Positions 13,708-25,318 of a stretch of 64,000 bases of DNA are shown piece by piece. The position numbers were made by a program, and so were the translations under genes. The notes under the pieces were generated by a model. It had not been told where the DNA came from. It did not search any database and saw only the letters and a list, made by a program, of their open reading frames with translations. Position 1 is the stretch's first letter; each line of letters starts with the position of its first letter. Source of the stretch: Octopus sinensis (taxonomy: Eukaryota); contig NC_043000.1 of NCBI RefSeq assembly GCF_006345805.1, positions 99,510,001-99,574,000 of the forward strand. Direction: 5' to 3'.

Positions 13708-13993
13708 TATATATATATATCCACAACATATCCTATGTCTTTGTGTCATACTATATGTACATCCAGCCAAATGTATTGATGAATGTGTGTACATGAATAT
13801 ATGTACATGTATATGTATATTTTTGAATGTGTACATATATACATATTACATATGAAAATGTATATATATATATATTTATGAATGTATATATATATATTAT
13901 ATACATAAAAAATATATAATAAATATATTATATTATATACCCATAATATATATATATATATCCATAAATATATATATAACATAAATATATATA

Positions 13994-14035
<42 letters not shown>

Positions 14036-14588
14036 TATATCGAATATATATAATCTATATACATATTTATATATGAATAAGTATATATATACATATTATA
14101 TATGAATACGTATATATATATATATACATATTTATATATGAATGTGTATATATATACATACATATATATGAATACGTATATATATTAGAATAACATATAT
14201 ATATGAATGTGTATATATACATATATATGAATTTGTATACATATATATATATATACATGCATGCATATATATATGAAAATGTGTTTATATAAACATATAT
14301 ATATCAATATTTATATATATATGTATATACATATATACATGTGTATATATATGTATATATATATATGAATATACATATATATATATATGAATATATATGT
14401 GTATATATGTATATATATATATGAATATACACACATATATGGATATACATATATGAATATATATGTATATGCATATATATATATATATATGAATATATAT
14501 GCATGTATATAATGAATATACATATATATGCATATATATATATGAATATACATATCATCTGCATACCCACACACATATATTAATATAC

Positions 14589-14626
<38 letters not shown>

Positions 14627-14737
14627 CAATATGTATACATATACATACATGTATATATATATATATATTATATATATATATATGAATATATATACTTGTA
14701 TTCACGCACAGACAGTATATGATACGTATATACATTA

Positions 14738-14809
<72 letters not shown>

Positions 14810-14814
14810 TACCT

Positions 14815-14846
<32 letters not shown>

Positions 14847-15305
14847 CATTCCTATATATATATATATTATACACGCATATATATACGTACATACATATAT
14901 TCATGCAAACGCATTCGTCAACAAATTTGTGCGATTATTATAGATTTTATTTTAAAGCTTTTATATCATAACGTTTAATTGTGTATGCATGCATATTTTA
15001 GAATTGGTTTGCGCGTGTATAATTTATGGTGCCATATGTATTTTCATTTTATGTGTGTTTGTGCGTGTGCGCGCGTGCGTACATATATATATATATATAT
15101 ATAAATAAATATATTTTACACATTCTCTATTCGCATATTTAAGTCGTTTGTGTGTCCTTTTATGTTTTCAGTATGTATTTACTATTGGGGCGTACTTGTA
15201 TGCATGCATGTATGTATGTATGTACGTATGTATGTATATATGTACGTGCACTTACATTTATTCAGATTCTTAGAATTTATACATGTTTTTTTAAATCAGT
15301 GTACG

Positions 15306-15358
<53 letters not shown>

Positions 15359-15489
15359 GTTATTTAAAATAGTTTTACATACTTGAAACATCTTATATAG
15401 AGCTCAATACATTGGATAGAGTATGTAGATATATTTATATTAAAAGTTCACATTCTTAGTCTCACTTTGGAATGTTCACGACCGTTGTG

Positions 15490-15535
<46 letters not shown>

Positions 15536-15550
15536 ATTATTATTATTATA
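10640..15550. repeat. ~5-kb low-complexity (TA)n/(CA)n/(TG)n field containing a ~1.06-kb duplication
   Basis: Read directly. Unique anchors are repeated at 12300/13359 and 12670/13730. Confidence 0.95.
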
Positions 15551-15639
15551 TCATATCGTATGATATCATCTGAGTAAACATTTTGGCCTCCGTGTCACCA
15601 GTTAACTGAAGTTTCATTACTAAGACACACACACACCTA

Positions 15640-15925
15640 AGGCTTAGTGGTTGAGGTATTTGGATCGCAATCGTTGTGTCCTTGAGCAAGACTCTTTATT
15701 TCACGTTGCTGTAGTTCACACACCTGGCAAGAATGAGCGGCACCTGTATTTCAAAGAGCCAGTTTTGTCACACTCTGTGTCATGCTGAATCTCCTGGAGA
15801 ACTACGTTAAGGGTATAAAGTGTTTGTGGAGTGCTCAGCCATCTGTTTGCGCGTTAATTTCACGAGCAGGCTCTTCTCCTGATCGGACCAACGAGAACCC
15901 TCGTCGTCGTAAACGACGGAGCGCT
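15640..15925 (+). mobile_element. tRNA-derived SINE family C (Meta-like central domain)
   Basis: ggcttagtggtt A box, then cgttgtgtccttgagcaagactctttatttcacgttgct..agttcac.cacctggcaagaatgag. The B-box region is deleted. Confidence 0.8.
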
Positions 15926-15943
15926 AATATGTTACAGACATGC

Positions 15944-16043
15944 ACTTCATACTTGAGGCTCTGATGAAGCAATAATGTGTTACTCAAGCACTCAACTGAA
16001 TCCACTGCATCTTATAGCGGAAACAGTTGTAAGCTGATGAAGT
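15944..16043 (+). ncRNA. Type I hammerhead ribozyme motif
   Basis: ggct-CTGATGA(15961)-stem II-GAAA(16020)-cagttg-TA-agct. Distal stem I acttcat/atgaagt. The stem I bulge cttgag is complementary to ctcaag in loop II. Confidence 0.7.
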
Positions 16044-16124
16044 TCTTTAATTATTTATTCCTTTGTCATTTATTTTTCTTATATATTATCATTCACACAC
16101 ACACACTGTATATATATATATATA

Positions 16125-16447
16125 GATCCTTAAATCCTTAAAAATGTTCCAGCTCTAAAGCTGCGGCCATGCTGGGGCACCACCGTTGAATGAGCTACAC
16201 TAGTATGTAAAACCACCTCTGATATGTGGCACTTGGCCAACAAGGGAATTCGACGCCGCTGCCCGCATCTGTGTTTCCTGCTGAGAGGTAGGTTCATCTG
16301 GAACCCCTGACAAGAAGAGATCCAGTTTAGTTTTAAAGAAACCCACATCCATACCATGCAGGTTTCTCAGGCATTTAGGAAGGATATTGAAGAGCTGTGG
16401 TCCCCTGTAACCCAAGCGGTTGCAGTATCTGGTCCTGTATTTTGATG
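16125..16447 (-). mobile_element. CR1/L2-group LINE 3' end (RT C-terminus and 3' UTR)
   Basis: Translates RTRYCNRLGYRGPQLFNILPKCLRNLHG..FFKTKLDLFLSGVPDEP..RAAASNSL. Tail ggtgccccagcatggccgcagctttagagctggaac. Confidence 0.8.
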
Positions 16448-16499
16448 GTGATATATTAACATATATACATGTAATAAATATGCATGTATGTATAAAATG

Positions 16500-16900
16500 T
16501 TAATTTACTTATGAATGCAGAGACACCATTAGAACAGTAATTTTGGGTAAATTACTCTTAGAAAATGGAAAATATTGTCAATAAACAACCATGGGATTTG
16601 AATCCACATTCCTTGAAGACTCCAGTCAAATGCTTTACCTTTAATCTAAACTGCCCACTGAGAAATTAATCTGCAATATTGTTAGATTCTATAAAGCTAA
16701 ATGTACAATTATGTGTATATAAATATAAGCAAACTAACATTTGTTTTTTATAAGCATTGAAATGTGTATTGTAGATACAGTTAAGATGATAATTTACTTT
16801 TCAATGCAGAGATGCCATTAGAACAAAGTGGAAAAATTTGTCAACAAACAGCAATTAGACTCAAACCCACATGCCTTGAAGAGTCCAGCCAAGTGCTGTA
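16500..16900 (-). repeat. ~289-bp diverged tandem repeat with a tRNA-like segment
   Basis: taatttactt..aatgcagaga..ccattagaaca occurs at 16501 and 16790. The minus strand has a B-box-like ggattcaaatccc. Confidence 0.65.
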
Positions 16901-16905
16901 CATAG

Positions 16906-16958
<53 letters not shown>

Positions 16959-17069
16959 ATGGCCTACTCACTTAGCCAGCGGGGTGGCGTCATTCAAAGG
17001 CTAAACTATGCGAACGCATTGTGACCAGCGATGTGTAACAACATCTCATGGTCTGGTTGGTCACGTGAT

Positions 17070-17109
<40 letters not shown>

Positions 17110-17313
17110 GATCTGTATATGTGTGTATGCACATGCATTCTGTTGCTGGGAGATTCACTTGACCACATGGTTTCCAGTTCTGTTCCACTCAGTTGTGTAT
17201 TACCAGCCATGGTTCAGCAAAATGCTTTTACACGGGTTGGTGGGCCATCGCTCTAGAAAGCCCATTGCGTGTGCATGTTTGTGTGGGTATCTCTCTATAT
17301 GTATATGTGTGTG

Positions 17314-17348
<35 letters not shown>

Positions 17349-17887
17349 GTTTGTAGTGCAATTTGTGGAATCCTGTGTCAATCATAGAAAAGCTCCTCTT
17401 GTGTACCTGGCTGCTATACAATATACTAATCCAATACAGAGGAGTATAATGTAGGGGTCTTGGCTTCTGAAATCCAGGAGATCCAGCTTATGAATTTTTT
17501 TCATGTGGACTATATAAACCATAAAATATGTGGTAGTATGAAAGGTTAATATATTTATTGAACCACTTGATGCCCATAAGTATGCAGTGGTTTTGCTGCT
17601 TTCATCATGCAATAATAATTTCTGTGCATAATAAATTGTTTTACATGTCAGCACCAATATATATGCTACACATTGTACAGTAGAACTCTAGAATTGAAGC
17701 ATTGGGTCCCCATTATGTTCTGGCGATCTGAAGTGCTAGCCTTCTATATCTGCACTGTACTGTGCAATGCGTACATGCATATTGGTGCAGACATGTAAAA
17801 TAATTTATTATATGTTGATGAAGGCTGTGTAACGACTGTAATACTACTGGATATACCAAGTGGTTCAATAAATATATACACCTACAT

Positions 17888-18085
17888 CTATGTGTGTAGG
17901 TCCGTCAGGCTCTTTGGGAGAATGTTAAAAAGCTGTGGGTTCTTGAAACCAAGACTGTTGCAGCACAATGCAGTGACAACCTGTTCTTGCATTTGTATAG
18001 CTTTCAATGGTAAAATATGGCACAATCTCTTCCAGGATCTTCAAGATGTTTTGATATATATATATCAATATGAGCCTCTGCCTCA
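17888..18085 (-). mobile_element. Second fragment of the same CR1/L2-group LINE
   Basis: Minus strand ILKILEEIVP...CNSLGFKNPQLFNILPKSLTDLH, matching the 16245-16440 translation. Confidence 0.75.
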
Positions 18086-18197
18086 CTAGTCCTCAGTCAA
18101 ACCGTCCAATCCATGGACGTTAAACGATGATGATGATGATGATAATATTTTTATTTAGATATATATTTATATATTCAGATATATATTTATATATAGT

Positions 18198-18245
<48 letters not shown>

Positions 18246-18262
18246 TATAATATATATATATA

Positions 18263-18613
18263 TTGAAAAAGTGAAATCAAACAATGATAAATCTCAGAGC
18301 GAGTTATAAACAGTATAAACTTTTTCAATATCAGTGTCAATCGATACTGGAAAAAGTATATGTATTTGTGAAGGGAACCGACTTCTCGTCGACAACTATG
18401 ATTGTCACACGCCGATGACGGGTCAATACCCTGAAACTCGAATCCGTGTGTATCATAAGTTGAAGACGGGAAGGATGGCTTCCCTTTGCAAATACTGATA
18501 GGGCACAGAAAGTGTGTCTATAGCCAGCTGGAGGAGGTGTCCTCCTGGGGCTACAAACTACAGTAGCATCCACCCTTAGGGGTTAGCCATATTCAAATGG
18601 CAAATATACGTCA

Positions 18614-18615
<2 letters not shown>
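18263..18615 (+). mobile_element. ~350-bp hammerhead-bearing element (retrozyme/Penelope pLTR-like) in (TA)n
   Basis: cacacg-CCGATGA-cgggtcaataccct-GAAA-ctcgaa-TC-cgtgtg at 18406-18450, with an extended stem I. Downstream blocks are shared with 30202-30535. Confidence 0.65.
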
Positions 18616-18684
<69 letters not shown>

Positions 18685-18929
18685 ATATACATATAAATTG
18701 ATAAAAATTAAGAAAACAGATTTACATATCCAGGTTTTATTATATATATTTAATCACATCTTTACATGTCAGTACCTACGCGTGTTTTTGCTGCATATAG
18801 TGACATCGATTTACCTAAGTGAGGATTAATGGGTATAGTAAAGTAAACTAACTAGAGTTCATCTATATTGACTTAGCCAACATTGTTAACAAGGTATGTC
18901 CCTATTAACCCATTTTGGAAATTTACCTT

Positions 18930-18964
<35 letters not shown>

Positions 18965-20704
18965 ATAATCATCATCATCATAAGTCTTTTCCATGCTAGT
19001 ATAGGTTGGAAAGTTTAACCAGAGGTGGCCACTTAGAGATCTGTACAAGGTTCCAACCTGATTTGGCTTGGTTTTTACAGCTGGATGTCCTTAATGCCAA
19101 CCACTTAGCAGAGTATGTTGGGTGCTTTTTATGTGACACCGGCATGGTTGTCTCTCTTTTGGATTGCCATAAGCGCTTTCTACATGGACTGGCATGGGCA
19201 CTCTTTATGTGAACTTGCATGGAATACACACACACACCAAATTTCACTTTGCAATCACATGATTTCAGATTTAGTTCTGTGTGACACCTTGAGCAAGTGT
19301 CTTCTAGTTTAATTCTGTTTGGTGGATCTATGCCTTGTGAGTGAATTTAGTAGATGAAAATTGCATAGCAGCCCATCATATATATGTATCATTGTGTGCC
19401 TCTGTGTTTGTGTCCCCACTACACCATGTTGTAACCGGTGTTGGTTTCTTTATATCCTCATAACTTAGCAGTTGAACTGAAGAGACTAGTAGCATAAGTA
19501 CCTAACCAGAAAAGCAAAAACTAAGTACTAAAGGTGATTTGTTCAAATAAATCCTTGAAGTCATTGCTACATCATGGCCACAGGTCACTGACTTAAACAA
19601 TTAAAAGAAATGCACACACACACACTTGCACATACACACACACATCATTATCATCATTTAATGTCTGCTTTCCATGCAGGTATGTGTAGGATGGCTTGAC
19701 TAGGAACCCAGTAAGTTGCAAAGCTGTGTTAAGCTCCAATATCATCTTTGACGTGGTTTCTATGGCTACCTGCCCTCCTTAGCACCAACCATTTAACAGA
19801 GTGTACTGGGTGCTTTTTTTCATGTCACCAGCATTATTGAGGTTGCCATATAACCAATAAGCCCAAAAAGAACAGAGAAGGATGAGAAAGAAAGGGATGA
19901 TTGTCTTTGCCTTTCAGTATATATTATAGTGTAAGTGTGAATGCATGCTTTTATTTTACCACAAGTGTGTCTTTGTATTTGTTGGTGTTCCCCAAGTCAT
20001 GCCTGACTGAACATCTTTACATGTGTTGGAACTGAATATATATATTGTGGCATATTGCGTACAGAATTACACTGCCTAATGTGTCCTTCCTTCCTTTCTG
20101 AAGTCAGTGGTGTGTGATCGAGGAGGAATTTGGTAGCTATTTCTTCTATATATATGTGTGTGTCAATCTTTGTGTTTGTATTTATGAACAGTCATCTAAA
20201 TATGTGTGTGTATATGTTTTGTTTTTAAACATGTGTGTATCTATGGTGGAGATGTGTGTTTGTCTATTTGTTTCCTGATACAATTTAACCTCAGGCAATG
20301 CTGATACTGTAGATATGTAATCAAAGGCATTTCAGCCATATTAATCTTGTTGTTTATTAAAAATTTATTTCGTCAGAGTGATATCTTGGCCTACATTATC
20401 AAATTCTTCCTGCCCCTTCTTAAGATGTAATTAATTTGTAATTCAAGTGATCTTTCTAGCAATGCAAAATACCATGTAAAAGCTCCCCTTTTGGGTCACT
20501 TTTTCATACAAACTCACACCGTCAGATTCAGAGATAAGATATGTTCCACATTTCTCTCTCTCTATGTCTGGTAGCTGAAAGAGTAGTCTATATAATGTAT
20601 TATAACTTGGTCCTTAGTTAGACATGCTAACCTGGAAGACAATAATACAAGTATGTGTTGTGCCTATTTCTGGCATGAAGTATTCATGTCTGCATCATTT
20701 TTTT

Positions 20705-21600
20705 AGTTATGTTTTGTAATGTGCATTATCATCCTGAAAGATTGTGTTTCCCTCCGGAAACAGTTCCGCAACCATAGGACGAATTTGATCAGATAAATTG
20801 CTTAAATAGTCTTGACTATTAATTCTGCCATGAAGGGAAGCCAGCGGATTTCTAAGATATAGCCCCCGCCCTTCGATCATCACAGATCTTCATCCATGGT
20901 TAACAGTTGGAAGAAGGCAATCTGGGTCACTTGCTTCTTTTGGTTGTCTCCACACATATGTAGACTCGGCCAGTGGTCGTAAATAAGGTAAAGGATGACT
21001 CATCCGAGAAAATAACCATTCTTCCACTGCTCTATTCTGTAGGTTTTTACTCCACTCTAAACACTTTGCAATGTTTGTTTCTGAAAGTAGTGGTTTTCTG
21101 ATTGCAGCCCTCCTGTGAAATCCAGCTTTGTACAGCTCCCGGCTAACAGTTTTTTTGGAAACTGGGTTCTCGAGGTGGTCATTAAACTCTGCAGTAATTT
21201 TAGGAGCTATACTTTTGTGATCCTTTCTAACAATTCATGTAAGCATCCAACGGTCCCTATCTGAAAGTTTTGGTTTTCTTCTGGAGTTGTGTTTTGATGA
21301 GGTGGTTTTTCCCTCTTTCGCAAAGGCTGTCATTACTTTTGAGACCGTACTTCCTGATACACCAAAACATTTCATTATACTAGCACCTGTCATATGAGCA
21401 CCAACAATTTGACCTCTTTGAAAGTGCGATAGATCTGTCATTTTAATGAATTTTAATTACCTTTTTCTGATGATATCTGAAAAGAAACTGCAATTTTAGC
21501 AATACATATTAAGCAACGGCAATAATAAATCAAGAAAAACATAAAAATGAGTGTTTTATAGATATTTCAAAATTATGATGCTAGGAGTTACCATTATTTT
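20705..21600 (-). mobile_element. Tc1-like transposase pseudogene fragment
   Basis: MTDLSHFQRGQIVGA..HTH, then VIFSDESSF, VWRQPKE, LLPTVNHG, IFQDDNA, with frameshifts. Confidence 0.9.
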
Positions 21601-21611
21601 GTTACCATTAT

Positions 21612-22185
21612 GTTGATAGGAAGTAACCACATGATTCTGGGTTCGGTCCTGCTGTATAGCACCTTGAGCAAGTGTCTTCTACTATAGTCTCTGGTTGATC
21701 AAAACCTCATGAGAGGATTTGGTAGACAGAAACTAAATAAAGCCTGTTGTATATATATATATATCATCATCATCATCATTTAACGTCCGTTTTCCGCGCT
21801 AGCACGGGTTGGACGGTTTCGACCGGGGTCTGGGGAGCTCGGGACTGCCCCAGGCTCCAGTCTAGTCTGGCAGTGTTTCTACAGCTGGATGCCCTTCCTA
21901 ACGCCAACCACTCCGCGAGTGTAGTGGGTGTTTTTTACGTATATATATATATATCTATCTATGTGTGTATGACTTTGTGTCTGTGTTTGTCCCCACCCCC
22001 GTCACTGCTTGACAATTGGTGTTGGTGCGTTTACATCCCTGTAACTTAGTGGTTCAGCAAAGGAGATTGATAGAATAAGTGCCAGGCTTAAAAAAAGTCC
22101 TGGGGTCAATTTGTTTGGCTAAAATCCCTGAAGGTGGTGCTCCAGCATAACCACAGTCAGATGACTGAAATGTGTAAAAGAATAT
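21612..22185 (+). mobile_element. SINE family A with an antisense RTE 3' tail (21765-21940) inserted in its microsatellite
   Basis: The head and body match family A. The insert begins catcatcatcatttaacgtccgttttcc. Confidence 0.8.
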
Positions 22186-22225
22186 ATACATTTACACATG
22201 CATATTTATATAGTTATATTTATGC

Positions 22226-22259
<34 letters not shown>

Positions 22260-22260
22260 A

Positions 22261-22752
22261 TCATCATCATCATCATCGTTTAGCGTCCGCTTTCCATGCT
22301 AGCATGGGTTGGACGGGTCAACTGGGGTCTGTGAAGCTGGAAGGCTTCGTCAGGCCCAGTCAGATCTGGCAGTATTTCTACGGCTGGATGCCTTTCCTAA
22401 TGCCAACCACTCCGCGAGTGTAGTGGGTGTTTTTTACGTGCCACCTGCACAGGTGCCAGACAGAGCTGGCGAACGGCCACGAACGGATGGTGCTTTTACG
22501 TGCCACCGACACGGGGCCAGACAGAGCTGGCAACCGGCCACGAATGGACGGTGCTTTTACGTGTCACCGGCACGGGGGCCAGCCGAGGCTGGCAATGGAC
22601 GCGAACGGATGGTGCTTTTACGTGCCACCGACACGGTTGCCAGACAGAGCTGGCAAACGGCCACGAGCGGACGGTGCTTTTACGTGTCACCGGCACGGGG
22701 GCCAGCCGAGGCTGGCAACGGACACGGACGGATGGTGCTTTTACGTGCCACC
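22261..22752 (-). mobile_element. RTE LINE 3' UTR fragment with ~5 copies of a ~62-bp GC-rich minisatellite
   Basis: (GAT)n tail, and repeating ggtgcttttacgtg.cacc...ggctggcaacgg..acga.cgga. Same sequence as the UTR attached to the RTE ORF at 27908-28715. Confidence 0.85.
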
Positions 22753-22917
22753 ATATATGATTATGTATATATGATGATGGACTCTCCTGTTGAAGACGAC
22801 AAATGAGCTTTTGCTGAATGACCTGCACATATGAGTTGTTTATAGTGATGAAATGTTTGTGCCACACATCAGCTCACTCTCTCCATCAAATCTATGGGAT
22901 GTGGCTGTGTGGTAAAC

Positions 22918-23362
22918 GGAGGTGCAGGTGTGGCTCTGTGGCATGAAGTTTGTTCTTCTTAGTCATATATTTGTTGCTTCAGTTCCACTCAGTGGTACCT
23001 TGGCCAAGTGACTTATAATATTGCCCTGGGCCAAGCCAAACCTAAAACCTTGTGGGTGGATTTGGTAAAAAGAAACTGAAAGAAGCCTGTCATACATGTA
23101 TATATGCTTGTGTATGTGTGTGTTACTGTCTCTTTGTCTTGATTTTGCTTAGTAGTTGTAAACAAGTGTCACTGTTGTGCAAGCAGTGTCTTTTATTTCC
23201 AGTCTTCCATGGAAACATCTCTGGGCTTCAGGAATTATTACCCAGTTGGAACAGGTGATGGGTAGTGACAGGAAGAGCATCTGGCTCTTGAAAAATCTGC
23301 TGTAATATATTCCATTTGACCTAGCAGGCATACAAAAGTGGATATAAAAACAATGATGATGA
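22918..23362 (+). mobile_element. SINE with a family A head and an RTE-type tail ending in (GAT)n
   Basis: ggtgcaggtgtggctctgtgg head, gtggtaccttggccaagtg, then ggaacaggtgatgggtagtgacaggaagagcatctggc ... aaaagtggatataaaaacaatgatgatgat. Confidence 0.7.
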
Positions 23363-23415
23363 TATATATATATATATTGCATATCTTTGTAAAATGTCTC
23401 TCTCTCTACCCCTCT

Positions 23416-23447
<32 letters not shown>

Positions 23448-23449
<2 letters not shown>

Positions 23450-24195
23450 TACAAAATTAGAGAATGGAGAAACATACTTAAATCAGTAAAACATCAACTA
23501 TCCGATGATACTCAATCCATACTTTAATACACCATTACATATGAGTAAAGGCAATATATAAAATGAAATGAGATATACAGTAATAGTAAAAAGATAAAGA
23601 GATATAAGTAAAAAATTTTCAAATATAATATGCAAATAAATCAAAACTGACAGCTGTTTCGGCAGTGAGGACAGTCATACCTCATTTAACCTATAAGCCA
23701 TAAAGGCAGGTATAAATGAGGCATTAACAAGGATGCCCCACGGCCTCTTCAGAGAATTAAATTAAATTTGTTATAATAGTGAAAAATATTATACAATCAT
23801 ATACATATAAATATAAAAATATAAAAATATAAAAATGTAAAATATAAAAACTTATACATCATAATGCTACACTTATATAATATAATACACATTTGTACAA
23901 AAAAGGAAGGTAAACAGAACAAAATAAAACAAAATATATAATAGTGTATATATTAATATTAATAAGTACCGATATTATACATATTTGGCTAATAGTTTTT
24001 TTTATATAAAATTAATTTTGTAGTATTAATTTACGGCAATATTATTACCTTTACCCATATAATGCAATAGATGAACTGATTGTTTGACAATTTTTAACAT
24101 CTATGTATTAATTTTGTTGGGTACCTATCTAGCAGTATATTGGATATATATTATCCCATGGTGGGTTGAATTTTCAACCCCTATCTCATTTTATA
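23448..24195 (-). mobile_element. AT-rich hammerhead-bearing element (Penelope pLTR/retrozyme-like)
   Basis: Bounded by (TA)n runs and contains the hammerhead at 23643-23760. Boundaries are inferred. Confidence 0.5.
23643..23760 (-). ncRNA. Type I hammerhead ribozyme with an intact core and an 85-nt stem II
   Basis: Minus strand ct-CTGAAGA-ggc...gcc-GAAA-cagctg-TC-ag. Stem II pairs atgcctcattta/taaatgaggtat, acct/aggt and gcc/ggc. Confidence 0.85.
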
Positions 24196-24220
24196 ACCTA
24201 TATATATATATATATATATA

Positions 24221-24549
24221 CTGGCACTTGTGCTGATGGCACAGGAAAAAACATTCGAGCAAGGTCGTTGCCAGTGCCGCTGGACTGGCTCCTGTGCAGG
24301 TGGCACATAAAAAGCACCATTTGAGTGTGGCCATTGCCAGTGCAGCCTGACTGGCCCTCATGCCGGTGGTACGTAAAAGCACCCACTACACTCTTGGAGT
24401 GCTTGACGTTAGGAATGGCATCTAGCTGTAGAAACTCTGCCAGATCAGAGTGAAGTCTGGTGCAGCCATCTGGTTCGCCAGACCTCAGTCAAATCGTCCA
24501 ACCCATGCTAGCATGGAAAGTGGAGATTAAACGATGATGATGATAATGA

Positions 24550-24552
<3 letters not shown>
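24221..24552 (+). mobile_element. RTE LINE 3' UTR fragment
   Basis: aaagcacccactacactc ... ccaacccatgctagcatggaaagtgg..ttaaacgatgatgatg. Confidence 0.8.
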
Positions 24553-24584
<32 letters not shown>

Positions 24585-25285
24585 TAGATACACATATACA
24601 TACATACTAGCAAAATATCTGGTATTACACAGACTGGAAATTAGTTCTAAATGGTTCAGAATTGTTCTTAATGAAGCCATATTTAGTTCAACAGAATGCT
24701 ATTGCATTTCTCTTGAAACATTATCTTTGATATAAGAAATGAAATTGTTTCCCAATACTTCAGTAGCATTCCACTGTCTAATGCACTGTCGTACAGTCAG
24801 GCATTCAAATATTTATAGTATATCGTATTAATTTGTGTAAATGATACATATCTAATTCAAGCACATTTAATAAGAATACTGGATTAAGTAAATGTGAATT
24901 TAGTTACATTTCTTTTGTAGCTATTATTGAACATAATAATATATTATTATCTTTATTTCTTGAAATTTCTCTAATTCTTAAAATAATTTAAACAGTGAGT
25001 CACAAAGTAAACCACCTGTGGAAATAAAATCAATCTTGTTGCTGAACTATGTCAAAAATAGTAGAATAGACAGCCCTAGTATTTTTTTTCTTTTGGTCTG
25101 TTGTCATTGACATGATATTATATGTGTAAACATTATATGATGCGGATATGGTGTGTGATAAAATGTTTGCTTTCAAGCCACATGGTTCTTGGTTCAGTCC
25201 CACTGTGGAGGCACCTTGGGCAATTGTCTTTTAATGTAGCCCTGGACAAACTAAAGCCTTCTGAGTTGAAACTGAAAGAACTCTG

Positions 25286-25318
<33 letters not shown>

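Noticed and set aside
451-15386. Many ORFs rich in Y/I, C/V or H/T
   Set aside because: They are translations of (TA)n, (TG)n and (CA)n microsatellites, which lack stop codons.
17899-18009. Plus-strand exon candidate (ag|gtccgt...caatg|gtaaaa)
   Set aside because: The minus strand translates as the CR1/L2-group RT fragment.
22430-22750. CRISPR-like regularly spaced repeats (also 28073-28270)
   Set aside because: The units are contiguous tandem repeats with no unique spacers, lie in an RTE LINE 3' UTR, and have no cas genes. The context is eukaryotic.
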